Shown in pieces: positions 1 through 9,863 of a stretch of 64,000 nt of DNA (positions are counted from its first letter, which is position 1; every line of letters begins with the position of its first letter). Location of the stretch: contig OZ242294.1 of assembly GCA_965207685.1 (NCBI GenBank), positions 1,027,896 to 1,091,895 on the forward strand, written 5' to 3'. The position numbers and the translations under genes were made by a program. This DNA comes from Thermodesulfobacteriota bacterium. Lineage in GTDB: Bacteria; Desulfobacterota_D; UBA1144; Nemesobacterales; Nemesobacteraceae. Below the pieces are notes generated by a model. The model saw only the letters and a list, made by a program, of their open reading frames with translations. It searched no databases and was not told the origin of the DNA.

Positions 1-1
1 A

Positions 2-442
2 CTTGGCTCTGGAACCGGGGTTTTTACCGAGAAGATTCTTGAGAAGAAGAGCCCGGAAGCGCTGTTTTTCGCAATAGAGATCAATCCCGAGTTCTGCGAA
101 GCGACCAAATCGCGATGTCCTTCCGCGACGGTCTACCGGGATTCCGCGGAGAACATGAGAAAATATCTCGAGCAGCACGGAAAAGATTCCTGTGACTGCA
201 TTATTTCTAGTCTTCCTTGGGCCGTATTCGACCACGGGACCCAGGAAAGACTGCTTAACGTCATCTGGGATGTACTTAAGCCTGGAGGCAAGATGATCAC
301 CTTCAGCTATTCAATCAGCATGATGGTTCCAAACGCCAGAAGATTCCGCTCAATGCTGCGAAACAAGTTTACAAACGTCGTCAAGTCGAAAACTGTCTGG
401 TCCAATTTCCCTCCGGCGTTTGTTTACAGCGCGAAGAAATAA
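2..442 (+). CDS. Class I SAM-dependent methyltransferase, 5' end truncated by the window edge
   Basis: Frame 2 is open from position 2 and reads LGSGTGVFTEKILEKK...AIEINPEF...GGKMITFSYS, a GxGxG SAM-binding motif followed by a methyltransferase-like C-terminus. The ORF-track Met at 155 is internal. Stop at 440-442. Confidence 0.55.
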   Translation, partial: LGSGTGVFTEKILEKKSPEALFFAIEINPEFCEATKSRCPSATVYRDSAENMRKYLEQHGKDSCDCIISSLPWAVFDHGTQERLLNVIWDVLKPGGKMITFSYSISMMVPNARRFRSMLRNKFTNVVKSKTVWSNFPPAFVYSAKK

Positions 443-542
443 CCCCGTCTCCGGCGCCAGCCAAAACCACACCAGCAAACTGGTTCTCCCCCGCAAGGAC
501 GGTTGGGTATACTTAAGGAATAACGCGTAAGCGGTTTCTTTC

Positions 543-3227
543 ATGTCCCAGCACCCGCTCTATCTCATTGACGGCAGCTCATATATATTCAGGGCATATT
601 ACGGCGTAAGGGCCGATCTTTCCACCTCCGACGGCTTTCCAACCAACGCCGTCTACGGATTTGTGAACATGCTTCTTAAGTTTCTCAGGGAATATGAACC
701 TAGGTACCTGGGGATGGTGTTCGATTCCAAGGGAGAAGTGTTCAGAAACGAAATATACCCTGAGTACAAAGCCAACAGGGACGAGGCTCCAGAAAGCCTC
801 CAGCTCCAGTTCTCTAAGATTTTCGAACTGGTGCGGGCATTCTCGATACCGATGCTTGCAATGGAGGGATACGAGGCCGACGACATCATAGGGACCATAG
901 CCAAGGCACAGGGGGCATCGAAGGTGGTTCTGGTCACCGGGGACAAGGATTTCTGCCAGCTGGTGTCTGAGAACGTGACTCTGGTTGACACAATGAGGGA
1001 ACGCGTAACCGGAGTGCAGGAAGTGCGCCAGAAGTACGGGATCGAGCCCGGACAGATGATTGATTTCTTCGCTCTTGTGGGAGACAAGGTTGACAACATT
1101 CCGGGAGTGGCGGGCGTAGGGGAGAAGACCGCTTCGGCCCTTATATCCAAGTACGGGGACCTCGACGGGGTATACGGCAACCTGGAGGAACTTGGCCCCG
1201 GTGTCGCGAAGAGGCTAAGGGAGCACAAAGATGACGCGTACCTTAGCCGCGAGCTGGTTACCATAAAAACTGACGTTGAAGTAGGAACCGGAATCGAGGA
1301 CTTCAGGTACGGTGGATACGCGGCCGAAGATCTTCAGGAAATATTCTCAGAACTTGAGTTTGAAAAGCTCCTTGACGAAATCGGTGCGTCCCGCGCGCCA
1401 GACGAAAGCGAAGCGGTAAAATACGATTCATACGAAACTGTTTTCGATGAGATATCCCTCGGCCGGGTGATAACCATGGTAGAGGAGGCAGGAGAACTCT
1501 CAATAGATCTCGAAACGGATTCCAAACTGCCGATGAACGCAGGGATAGTCGGCTTTTCGCTGTGCACAGCCCCGGAACGGGCTTTTTACGTTCCCGTGGG
1601 ACACACAGGAACCATTGAAGCCGAAAGACAAATGAAACCTGAGGCCGCACTTTCTCTGCTGAAACCGCTCCTTGAATCCGAGGACATAAAGAAAATAGGA
1701 CAGAACATAAAATACGATATGCTCGTACTTAAAAATCACGGCGTCACTCTCAGGGGAATCTACTTTGACACGATGCTGGCCGCGCACCTCCTCGACGCTT
1801 CCAGGGGAAGCTACAAGCTTGATGAACTCTCAAGAACCGAGCTTGGCCACAAGATGATCTCCTACGATGACGTCACGGGAAAAGGGAAATCAAAGAAGAA
1901 TTTCGCCGAAGTTGATATCAAGACGGCAACAAGGTACTCGTGCGAAGATTCGGACGTGACGCTTATTCTTTCAAGAAAATTTCTTGAGACTCTGAAGAAA
2001 GAAGGGCTCTGGGATCTTTACAGGGAAAATGTTCTGGGCCTTGTTCCGGTTCTCTGCGACATGGAGTTCACGGGAGTGAGCGTCGACACCTCTATCCTCG
2101 GGGAAATGTCTGAAGAGTTTGAAAATGACCTCGATTCCATCGAGGGCGAAATATATGAAAAAACCGGAGGAGAGTTCAACATAAACTCGACAAAGCAGCT
2201 CTCCGAAGTACTTTTCGAGAAGCTGCAACTTCCCGCCAGGAAAAAGACTGCAAAGGGCGCCTTTTCCACCGACTCCGAAGTTCTCAGGGACCTGTCGACA
2301 ATCCACGAGGTGCCGCGTCTCATACTCAGACACAGGTTTCTCTCCAAGCTCAAATCCACTTACATCGATCAGCTTCCGAGGCTCATAAACCCGGTTACCG
2401 GAAGGATCCATACCTCTTTTAATCCTGCCGGCACCTCAACCGGAAGACTAAGCTCAAGGGACCCTAATCTTCAGAACATCCCCATAAAAACCGAGGACGG
2501 AAAAAGAATACGGAAATCGTTCGTGGCAAAAGACGACTGCGTTGTACTTTCGGCTGATTATTCCCAGATAGAACTTCGCCTGCTCGCCCATTTCTCCGGG
2601 GATCCGACCCTGCTCGAAGCTCTTCGAAACGATAAGGATGTGCACGTCGCAACGGCCTGCGAAATCTTTAACGCAACCGAAGACCAGATTACCTCCGAGA
2701 TGCGGAATCTCGCCAAGACCATAAACTTCGGGATAATATATGGTATAAGCGCTTTCGGGCTCTCAAAACAACTCGGTACCACGGTCTCGGTATCAAGAAA
2801 TTATATAAACAGATATTTTGACAGATATTCCGAGGTGAAAACCTATATGCGGTCATCGGTTGAAGAAGCCAGAAGCAGGGGCTACACAGAGACGCTTGTC
2901 GGGAGAAGAAGGCCGATACCGGAACTTGTTTCGGGAAACAGGGTAGAGAGGGGAAGAGGAGAGCGTGAGGCTATAAATACTCCGATACAGGGGTCTGCAG
3001 CGGATATAATAAATCTGGCCATGATCCGCATATTCAGAAGGCTTGAAGAAGAATTTCGCTCGAAGATGATCCTCCAAGTTCACGACGAGCTTCTCTTTGA
3101 GGCTCATGAAACAGAACTTGAAGAACTGCAAGCCCATATAAAAAATGACATGGAAAACGCCTGGGAACTCAGAGTACCGCTTAGAGTGGAAATACGCGCC
3201 GCAGAGAACTGGGCCGAAGCTCACTAA
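543..3227 (+). CDS. polA: DNA polymerase I (5'-3' exonuclease, 3'-5' exonuclease and polymerase domains)
   Basis: 894 aa. N-terminal 5'-nuclease region (LYLIDGSSYIFRAYYG), the 3'-5' exonuclease region, and family A polymerase motifs (RRRPIPEL, QVHDELLFE, DYSQIELR). Confidence 0.95.
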   Translation: MSQHPLYLIDGSSYIFRAYYGVRADLSTSDGFPTNAVYGFVNMLLKFLREYEPRYLGMVFDSKGEVFRNEIYPEYKANRDEAPESLQLQFSKIFELVRAFSIPMLAMEGYEADDIIGTIAKAQGASKVVLVTGDKDFCQLVSENVTLVDTMRERVTGVQEVRQKYGIEPGQMIDFFALVGDKVDNIPGVAGVGEKTASALISKYGDLDGVYGNLEELGPGVAKRLREHKDDAYLSRELVTIKTDVEVGTGIEDFRYGGYAAEDLQEIFSELEFEKLLDEIGASRAPDESEAVKYDSYETVFDEISLGRVITMVEEAGELSIDLETDSKLPMNAGIVGFSLCTAPERAFYVPVGHTGTIEAERQMKPEAALSLLKPLLESEDIKKIGQNIKYDMLVLKNHGVTLRGIYFDTMLAAHLLDASRGSYKLDELSRTELGHKMISYDDVTGKGKSKKNFAEVDIKTATRYSCEDSDVTLILSRKFLETLKKEGLWDLYRENVLGLVPVLCDMEFTGVSVDTSILGEMSEEFENDLDSIEGEIYEKTGGEFNINSTKQLSEVLFEKLQLPARKKTAKGAFSTDSEVLRDLSTIHEVPRLILRHRFLSKLKSTYIDQLPRLINPVTGRIHTSFNPAGTSTGRLSSRDPNLQNIPIKTEDGKRIRKSFVAKDDCVVLSADYSQIELRLLAHFSGDPTLLEALRNDKDVHVATACEIFNATEDQITSEMRNLAKTINFGIIYGISAFGLSKQLGTTVSVSRNYINRYFDRYSEVKTYMRSSVEEARSRGYTETLVGRRRPIPELVSGNRVERGRGEREAINTPIQGSAADIINLAMIRIFRRLEEEFRSKMILQVHDELLFEAHETELEELQAHIKNDMENAWELRVPLRVEIRAAENWAEAH

Positions 3228-3240
3228 GAATACAGTAACG

Positions 3241-4641
3241 ATGAATTCCAGAATAAAGACCCTGATTCTGCACACGCTCGTTTTACTCTTTGTGTTTCTG
3301 CCGGCGGCATCTTCTCACGCTGAAGTAAACCAGAAAAAGATACTCTCCTTTATTTCGAAAAATACCTCGTCGCGAAAGAAAATCGGAATCATGGTACGCT
3401 CCGCCGATACCGGCAAGACGGTTTTCCGCTACAACAGCAAAGAGAAATTCATTCCCGCCTCCAATAACAAAATACTTTCCTCCATAGCGGCGCTTTCCCT
3501 GCTCGGAAAGGATTTCCGGTTCAAAACGGAGTTCTACCTAGGCGGAGGAATACACTCGGGAGTCGGCCACGGCGGTCTTTACGTAAAAGGGTTCGGAGAC
3601 CCCACTATAGACATCGAGAAGCTAAGGGAGATTGCAGGGAAGATTAAAGCCCTAGGGATAACCGGAATCGAGGGCGGGATTCACCTAGACGGTTCGTATT
3701 TTGACGACGTCCTTTACGGAGAAGGCTGGGATCCCGAGTGGCGCGGCAAAAGCTTCTGCCCTCCCGTAACGGCGATTTCGTTCAATTACAACTCGGCCAA
3801 GATAAGAATTTCCGCATCCAGAGTACAGGGAGTCCCCGCAACGGTGAAAACAGAACCCGCCGAGTTTCCCTTCCCGATCAAAAACAGGGTTTCCACCAGG
3901 CTGAAAAGATCGGGGGTGAGAGCACAGTACAACGAACGGAACGAGCTCAGACTCTCCGGACACGTTTCCTCCCGCAAAAAAGCAGAAACCCTGGAACTTT
4001 CGGTGCCAGACCCGTTTTTTTACTTCGGGGCAACGCTCAAGAAAGTTCTTGAGCGGGAAGGAATCGAGGTAAGCGGACCCATAGAGCGCAGGAGAGTGCC
4101 TCGGTGGACCGGCAAAATATTCACCCATTACTCAGAACCTCTGGGGACCATTATCCATGAGTACAACAAAGAAAGCGTCAATATAATCGGAGAAAGCATA
4201 GTCAAGGTGATCGGGGCCAAATATCTCAATACCCAGGGATCATGGAAATCCGGCACATACGTAATTGAAAATCATCTGAGGAGAATTGGTCTTAATGGAA
4301 ACTTCTCCGTCGCCGACGGTTCCGGTCTTTCAAGGCTAAACAAGGTATCCCCCGAGGACATAACCGAAGCACTCCACATAGCCTACGAAGATCCGGACAT
4401 TTCCGAGGAGTTTGTTGCGTCCCTTCCGATCGCCGGAGTTGACGGAACCCTCAAGAAAAGATTTCGTAACCTCAAGGGCAAAGTCTATGCGAAAACCGGA
4501 TATCTTGAAGGAGCCAGATCCCTATCCGGCTACGCGTTCGCAAAAAACGGGCGGGTTTATGTTTTTTCCATCATATCAAACGGCATGGGAACAAGGGTGA
4601 AGAAACTTCAGAACCTGCTTCTTCGGGAGCTTGTCTACTGA
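3241..4641 (+). CDS. dacB: D-alanyl-D-alanine carboxypeptidase/endopeptidase (PBP4-like, peptidase S13)
   Basis: The ORF track starts at 3145 inside polA. The likely start is the ATG at 3241, giving MNSRIKTLILHTLVLLFVFLPAASSHA, a signal peptide. SxxK-like ASNNK, SGLSRLN and KTGYLEG motifs are typical of the PBP4/DacB family. Confidence 0.75.
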   Translation: MNSRIKTLILHTLVLLFVFLPAASSHAEVNQKKILSFISKNTSSRKKIGIMVRSADTGKTVFRYNSKEKFIPASNNKILSSIAALSLLGKDFRFKTEFYLGGGIHSGVGHGGLYVKGFGDPTIDIEKLREIAGKIKALGITGIEGGIHLDGSYFDDVLYGEGWDPEWRGKSFCPPVTAISFNYNSAKIRISASRVQGVPATVKTEPAEFPFPIKNRVSTRLKRSGVRAQYNERNELRLSGHVSSRKKAETLELSVPDPFFYFGATLKKVLEREGIEVSGPIERRRVPRWTGKIFTHYSEPLGTIIHEYNKESVNIIGESIVKVIGAKYLNTQGSWKSGTYVIENHLRRIGLNGNFSVADGSGLSRLNKVSPEDITEALHIAYEDPDISEEFVASLPIAGVDGTLKKRFRNLKGKVYAKTGYLEGARSLSGYAFAKNGRVYVFSIISNGMGTRVKKLQNLLLRELVY

Positions 4642-5453
4642 TTTATTGCGTGGAAGCTGTCGGCCAATCTCGCGAATTCCTCGACCGAGAGGGATTCCGC
4701 CCTTCTTCGCTGATCGATACTCGAGTCTGAAAGTGCCCGTTCAACGGTCCCCCTCTCAAAGAAGTTGCTGAGCGAATTCCTTATAGTCTTTCTCCGCGAT
4801 GAAAACGCATGCCTGGTAACGGTCCTGAAGGTCTTCTCGCTCGATACAGAAAACACGGGTTCCTTAAGCGGGTCGAGCACCACCGCCGCCGAGTCCACCT
4901 CGGGAACCGGATAGAACGCGCGCCGGGAAACCTTGAAGGCAAGCTCTACGCTGAAACAGCTCTGGAGAAGTACCGAGAGGGAGCCGTAGCTCTTCCGCCC
5001 CTTTGCAGAGGATATCCTCTGTGCCACTTCCTTTTGCAGCATCACTACTATCCTCGAGAAAAGTTCCCTTTCATCGAGAAGCTTAAGCAGAATCTGGGTG
5101 GATATGTTATAGGGAAGATTGGATACTAGCTTCGTTTTTTTCCCGTCGGAAAAGCGGCTGAAATCGACTTTAAGAACATCTTCGTAAACAAATTCGACAT
5201 TTGCAGACTCCCCGAATTTCTCGTCGAGAAAGGTTCTCAGTCTCTTATCTTTCTCAATTGCCGTGACTCTGCCGGCACCGTGTGCGAGATGCTCCGTGAG
5301 GCTGCCCTTGCCGGGCCCGACTTCAATCACATGATCTTCTTTTTGGAGCTTTGCGGTAGCGCAGATCTTACGGAGTATGTTGGGGTCGTTCAGAAAATGC
5401 TGTCCGAGCCTTTTAGTCTGATGAAATGCCTCTTCCTGTTTTCTTCCAAGCAA
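4635..5453 (-). CDS. rsmA: 16S rRNA (adenine1518/1519-N6)-dimethyltransferase
   Basis: KRLGQHFLNDPNILRKI...VIEVGPGKGSLTEHL... is the KsgA/RsmA signature with a SAM-binding GxGxG. Its 3' end is convergent with and overlaps the PBP4 gene. Confidence 0.9.
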   Translation of the reverse strand: MLGRKQEEAFHQTKRLGQHFLNDPNILRKICATAKLQKEDHVIEVGPGKGSLTEHLAHGAGRVTAIEKDKRLRTFLDEKFGESANVEFVYEDVLKVDFSRFSDGKKTKLVSNLPYNISTQILLKLLDERELFSRIVVMLQKEVAQRISSAKGRKSYGSLSVLLQSCFSVELAFKVSRRAFYPVPEVDSAAVVLDPLKEPVFSVSSEKTFRTVTRHAFSSRRKTIRNSLSNFFERGTVERALSDSSIDQRRRAESLSVEEFARLADSFHAINQ

Positions 5454-5488
5454 GAATATATCCTATGCTGTAGAAAAAACTTCTCGGG

Positions 5489-7465
5489 TTAAGAATCTAA
5501 TTCTGGTTCATCTATTGCTTCTAACAACCTGCTAATACGACCTTTCTCTTTAGATTTTTCGATATAGTTTTGGTAACTGATCTCCGCATCGTTGATTAGC
5601 TGCTGATAGGTAATCACACGGATATTTTTAGCTTCAAGCGTCTTTTCGGATTCTTCTTTACCTTTTTCACTATCCCAATCTTTCAATTTAGTTCCCACCA
5701 AGCAAATAGTTTCAATGGGACCATCTTCCCCCGCATCTTCAGCCTGTTTTTTAAGGGCTCTTCTGTACTTGTCTACTTGTCCGAGCAAAGAACTTGTCTC
5801 TGTTGATACACGAGCCCTTTTGAGCTCAATAATAATATGCTTTCCAGAGGACTTCTTGTATCGAATATCAATTCGACCCTTCTTTTCTTCTTCTTTTGCC
5901 TCTTCAGATATCTTATCAAAGGCAATTCTTACGTTTTCTTCCATGCTTGGAGTTTCTGTTGCCCTATCCCACGAAGGATCAAGTAACCATAGATGTGAAT
6001 AAATGTGTTTTTGGATAACTTTCTCTAAAGCATTTTTATCAGTATGTTCCTTGAGTTTACGGATAACATCCAATCTGCCCTTAGTAATTTCATAGTACCA
6101 AGATGCTTCAATGTCATCTAGTTCCGAAAACAACTGTACCGCAATCTCAAGGTTCTCAATATCAAGTTGATCCAATTGATTAAGTTTTTCTTTATGATGA
6201 AGATGTTCAAAAGCTAGAATACCATGCTTTAGAAGCGTCCTTCTGTGCTGCCCATCTGTTGCAATAGCATTGATCCTGCCGAACAACTTTCTTGCGGCAC
6301 TGCGTGCGTCACTTTTTAATCCTTGCAACCATTCATTAATTGCAGGAATCTCCTTTGCCTTTTCCTCACCTTCCTCTTCTTTATAACGAGCACGGTCTAC
6401 TCTTAAAAATTTCAATTCTTCTTTTACAAACTCTGATAAGCTAGAAAATCTTTCTTCATTTCGTATAAAATCCTGTCTGCTAGAAGTTGCTATATCTTCT
6501 CTTTCCGTTAAATCCAAAAAGTCCGCTTCTAGTTCACCTATCAAATATTTGGTATGCAAACCACCTTCCCTAAAGGTATCAAGAATGTTTTCCAAAGCGA
6601 CTTTACCTCGTGTCAGAACAGCCAGTTTGTTAAGATTGTCATCTCCATCTTGCAGGGACCCGGATTCCGTGACAAGACCTATCCATCCTTTTATATCATA
6701 ACCCTGCTCACTATTTATAATGCTTTTACGCTCTTTTATCCGTTCATCAGGAAGATGCTTAAAATGCGTCTTCTCGTAATCGCCATAAACTAATGCATAC
6801 TCAAGTTTATGGAAATAGTCTCTGTCACCAATGGTTACCTGCCTACCTCCTATAAATACGTTGAAATTGTCTGATAATATGCTGAAACGTCGGGAAATTC
6901 GTTTTCGCAAGTTATCATCAATTGACGATTGAATCCGTTTTTTTAGTTGTGATAAAACAATAATTGTCCCCGTTTCCGTTGATATCTCGTATTCAGAAGG
7001 AATATCAGATATGGGTTTCGGATAATGACGGTTGCCCTTTGTTATATCATTGCGAATATCTTCAACAACAAGTTCTAGACCTAAAGTTTGATCATCTTTT
7101 TTTGTGTAGATTTGGACATTGTCAGCAATAGAGAAGACAGACAGTTTGCCTATACCTTTTCTCCCCATAACCCTGCGACGTTTTTTGGGGGTAAGGTCAT
7201 CCTGCATATCTTTTCTGCGTTTATAGCCAACCGTCAGGAACTTTTTTCTTAGGTCCTGTTTGTTCATCCCGCAACCGTCATCCCTGACACTGATTATTTT
7301 CTCATCTTCTATCAAGGTAATATCAAGATACACTTCTCCCGCATCGGCATCCCAAGCATTGGCGATTAGTTCCGATAAAACGGCGGGAACGTTGCTGTAC
7401 AAGTTGAGCCCCAAATGCTCTAACGCATTTAAATCAATCTTCAGTTCATAATCTGGCATCAACAC
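5489..7465 (-). CDS. GHKL-superfamily (Bergerat-fold, MORC/Hsp90-like) ATPase fused to a C-terminal PD-(D/E)xK-like nuclease domain
   Basis: N-box LSELIANAWDA, G1 box VRDDGCGM, G2 box GRKGIGKLSVFS. C-terminus WLLDPSWDR...GRIDIRYKKSSGKHIIIELKRAR...QVDKYRR carries a D-(x)n-ExK restriction-endonuclease-like motif. The start overlaps the stop of the upstream C5-methyltransferase by 20 nt. The gene is AT-rich. Confidence 0.6.
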   Translation of the reverse strand: MLMPDYELKIDLNALEHLGLNLYSNVPAVLSELIANAWDADAGEVYLDITLIEDEKIISVRDDGCGMNKQDLRKKFLTVGYKRRKDMQDDLTPKKRRRVMGRKGIGKLSVFSIADNVQIYTKKDDQTLGLELVVEDIRNDITKGNRHYPKPISDIPSEYEISTETGTIIVLSQLKKRIQSSIDDNLRKRISRRFSILSDNFNVFIGGRQVTIGDRDYFHKLEYALVYGDYEKTHFKHLPDERIKERKSIINSEQGYDIKGWIGLVTESGSLQDGDDNLNKLAVLTRGKVALENILDTFREGGLHTKYLIGELEADFLDLTEREDIATSSRQDFIRNEERFSSLSEFVKEELKFLRVDRARYKEEEGEEKAKEIPAINEWLQGLKSDARSAARKLFGRINAIATDGQHRRTLLKHGILAFEHLHHKEKLNQLDQLDIENLEIAVQLFSELDDIEASWYYEITKGRLDVIRKLKEHTDKNALEKVIQKHIYSHLWLLDPSWDRATETPSMEENVRIAFDKISEEAKEEEKKGRIDIRYKKSSGKHIIIELKRARVSTETSSLLGQVDKYRRALKKQAEDAGEDGPIETICLVGTKLKDWDSEKGKEESEKTLEAKNIRVITYQQLINDAEISYQNYIEKSKEKGRISRLLEAIDEPELDS

Positions 7466-8603
7466 TCTCCAGATGATTTATTATGGAACTACCGATAGCG
7501 GTGGCTAAAAGGGGTGGTACAGCATTACCTATGTGCTTTCCGATAACAGAAAATGTGGGTTTTTCGCCGAGAGGACAAAACTTATAGTCTTCTGGAAAAG
7601 TTTGTAGTATTGCCCCTTCTCTGAGACTCAAAGCACGGTCTTGCTCAGGATGACCAAAACGCCCTGTCCCATAACCATGGAACTGAGTAGTAAGTGTCGG
7701 CGCAGGTTTATCCCAATTCATTCGCCCATAGACATTGTGGTAGGTTCCGCCACTACTTTTCCTGTAACAGGCAGGAAGCAACTCTCTTGGCCAATCTCTC
7801 CAGCTTCCTCCTGGTACCGAAGCTTGGATTCTTCTAAAATTGATAGGAGATAAAGACCTGCAGACATGCATTGGGTCTGTTGAGCTTGCTTCCCCATGGG
7901 CTAGATTTTCCAAGTGCCCGATAGCTCTTCTCACTGTAATGGGATCTTCAACCCTTTTTCCGGGTAGACAGATGTCTTCTAACAAAGAAGCAAGCAAGAC
8001 CAAACGACGTCGACTTTGGGGCACGCCGAAGTGTGCACATGGAATGATTCCATCAGCAATCTGGTAACCGTGCCTTCGCAGGGTACTTTTGAATTTACGA
8101 TAAACTTCCTTGCTCTTGAGTGCCGGTACATTTTCCATGGAAACAACTTCGGGCATTCCCTCGGTTACTAATCTCAAAAATTCATTAATTAGGTTCCATC
8201 GGAAATCCTCATTGTTCTTTCTATGTTTACTCGTGTGTGTAGAAAAGGGTTGACAAGGTGCACACCCAACCAGAATTCTATATTTTGCACCGTCAAAACA
8301 AGAGGAAATATCTGTGTAACTAACGTTCCTGATATCCGAATGAATAAACTCTGCCTGACAATTTTCCTCATAGGCATAGCGACAGGTTGCGTCAATGTCC
8401 AATCCTGCTACCACAGTGATTCCAGACTTCTGCAGTCCGTAGGACAACCCACCTATGCTGCAGAACACATCAAATGCCTTAGCAGAGACTGTAGACATCA
8501 TAGCTGGGGGATTGTTAATAACTGACTGACTCAAGGCTATGTCCTCTCTATTACAATAATAAGCATTGCAGAGCTTAGTAGCAATTTCCGCTTTATGCTT
8601 CAA
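7446..8603 (-). CDS. DNA (cytosine-5)-methyltransferase
   Basis: Motif I FCSIGGLSYGL, motif IV GCAPCQPFS (PCQ catalytic Cys), motif VI ENVPAL, motif VIII QSRRRLVLL, motifs IX/X LSLREGAILQTFP...IGNAVPP. Confidence 0.9.
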   Translation of the reverse strand: MKHKAEIATKLCNAYYCNREDIALSQSVINNPPAMMSTVSAKAFDVFCSIGGLSYGLQKSGITVVAGLDIDATCRYAYEENCQAEFIHSDIRNVSYTDISSCFDGAKYRILVGCAPCQPFSTHTSKHRKNNEDFRWNLINEFLRLVTEGMPEVVSMENVPALKSKEVYRKFKSTLRRHGYQIADGIIPCAHFGVPQSRRRLVLLASLLEDICLPGKRVEDPITVRRAIGHLENLAHGEASSTDPMHVCRSLSPINFRRIQASVPGGSWRDWPRELLPACYRKSSGGTYHNVYGRMNWDKPAPTLTTQFHGYGTGRFGHPEQDRALSLREGAILQTFPEDYKFCPLGEKPTFSVIGKHIGNAVPPLLATAIGSSIINHLESVDARL

Positions 8604-8615
8604 CGCAGTACAGTT

Positions 8616-9863
8616 TCAGGAATGATTACCGCCGAGCCTCTGACGCTCCTTGACCAACTCAACAAAGTCCTTGACGTTCATCAACCATTTCTGTTGTGCA
8701 GGACTATAGGAACTGAATATTACACTTGGCACAACAAGCTGTAGCCTCTCTGCCTGCATTTCGTCAGTCTGTCCCTCCGAAATTCCCGGTTGCAGCGTGA
8801 GTAGGTGCTTCTCCTCAATCTTGTTTGCCTCGGTAAGTACCTGCCGCCAACGGTCCTTGCAACTAGTCTTTACACCTAGCATTGTCAAGAGACCTGTATC
8901 AAAGTCAGGATCATGATACTGCTTTTCTCCAAGAAAGAGAAAATCGGGACCTCTACGCTTCTCAGTAGTAGCCTCGCGCGTGTATAAAACACCCTGTGCT
9001 TTCAGTATTGCCTCAACATGATGCCCAAAAGCCCATCCGGCTCGTGACTTTCGGCGATTCTGGATACTCAGTGAGAAACGCAGGAAGTCATCTACATCGG
9101 GAATGTCTACAAAGTTTTTTCTAATCTGATCGGCGATTATATAGCGTTCCAAGTGCCTAAACAATACTTCCTCGTGATCCATCCAAGTCGCCAGCGTCTC
9201 ATCGGGTGCTCCAACCGGATCAGCATCAGCAAGTGTGTCACGGGCAAAACCAGAGAATTCCGCAGTTCCCGGAAATCCATCTCCATATCTGGCAATTAGT
9301 TCTTCCAATGCATCGGACGGCTGTGGTGCCTCCAATTCAATGCCAAAACCATCAAGAATTGCCCTAGCACTATAACCCAGATGAATGCCTTCATCGGTCC
9401 CAAGAATTTTTGCTTCAACCCTCCGCCCCATTAGATCAAGTCCGAAGAGCCAAAGTAGCTGACGGGCAATTGTTGTATTCGCAGGACAAAGTATTACATG
9501 CAGGCTTTGTTCCCTAGTCTTCGCAATAACGAGAAGATCGCCCGCCTTCGCTCTGTGGACAATTGCTTCGGATTCAGCACTATAGTAAAGATGATATTCT
9601 GCCGAACGGGCAGGGTTGTTCCTTCGAACATCACTCCAAGTGCAAAAGGAATTTGAGACTGCTGGTTCCTCGTCTTCCTCATCATCTAGCCAGTGAAAAG
9701 TGGAAGAAAATCTGATTTTCTCGGCCGATTTTCCGAGGAACTTGCGAAAGCTGCTGACCCCTTGGAATTCATGTTGGTTCGAACGCAGCTTGTTGACTTC
9801 TACTTCGGTAAGGTATTTCGCCCCCACACCCTCGAAAAAATCAGAAAGAATGCCAAATTTCAC
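8616..9863 (-). CDS. EcoRII-family (Type IIE) restriction endonuclease. The catalytic C-domain is conserved and the N-terminal domain is divergent.
   Basis: The C-terminal half aligns closely with the EcoRII catalytic domain as I recall it: SIQNRRKSRAG, GPDFLFL, LGVKTSCKDRWRQVLTEANKIEEKHLLTLQPG, LQLVVPS. The N-terminal 170 aa shows no obvious resemblance to the EcoRII B3-like effector domain. A 4-nt ATGA overlap with vsr. Confidence 0.75.
   Translation of the reverse strand: MKFGILSDFFEGVGAKYLTEVEVNKLRSNQHEFQGVSSFRKFLGKSAEKIRFSSTFHWLDDEEDEEPAVSNSFCTWSDVRRNNPARSAEYHLYYSAESEAIVHRAKAGDLLVIAKTREQSLHVILCPANTTIARQLLWLFGLDLMGRRVEAKILGTDEGIHLGYSARAILDGFGIELEAPQPSDALEELIARYGDGFPGTAEFSGFARDTLADADPVGAPDETLATWMDHEEVLFRHLERYIIADQIRKNFVDIPDVDDFLRFSLSIQNRRKSRAGWAFGHHVEAILKAQGVLYTREATTEKRRGPDFLFLGEKQYHDPDFDTGLLTMLGVKTSCKDRWRQVLTEANKIEEKHLLTLQPGISEGQTDEMQAERLQLVVPSVIFSSYSPAQQKWLMNVKDFVELVKERQRLGGNHS

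Noticed and set aside
653-2782. Multiple 60-200 aa ORFs on both strands inside polA (e.g. 653-1264 -, 1303-1650 -, 1971-2411 -)
   Set aside because: They are fully nested in or antisense to a high-confidence, well-conserved polA frame. They have low-complexity Ser/Arg-rich translations typical of out-of-frame artefacts.
3145-3240. The upstream in-frame start for the PBP4 gene, inside polA
   Set aside because: It would overlap polA by 83 nt and place 32 non-signal residues ahead of a clear signal peptide. ATG 3241, directly after the polA stop, is more plausible.
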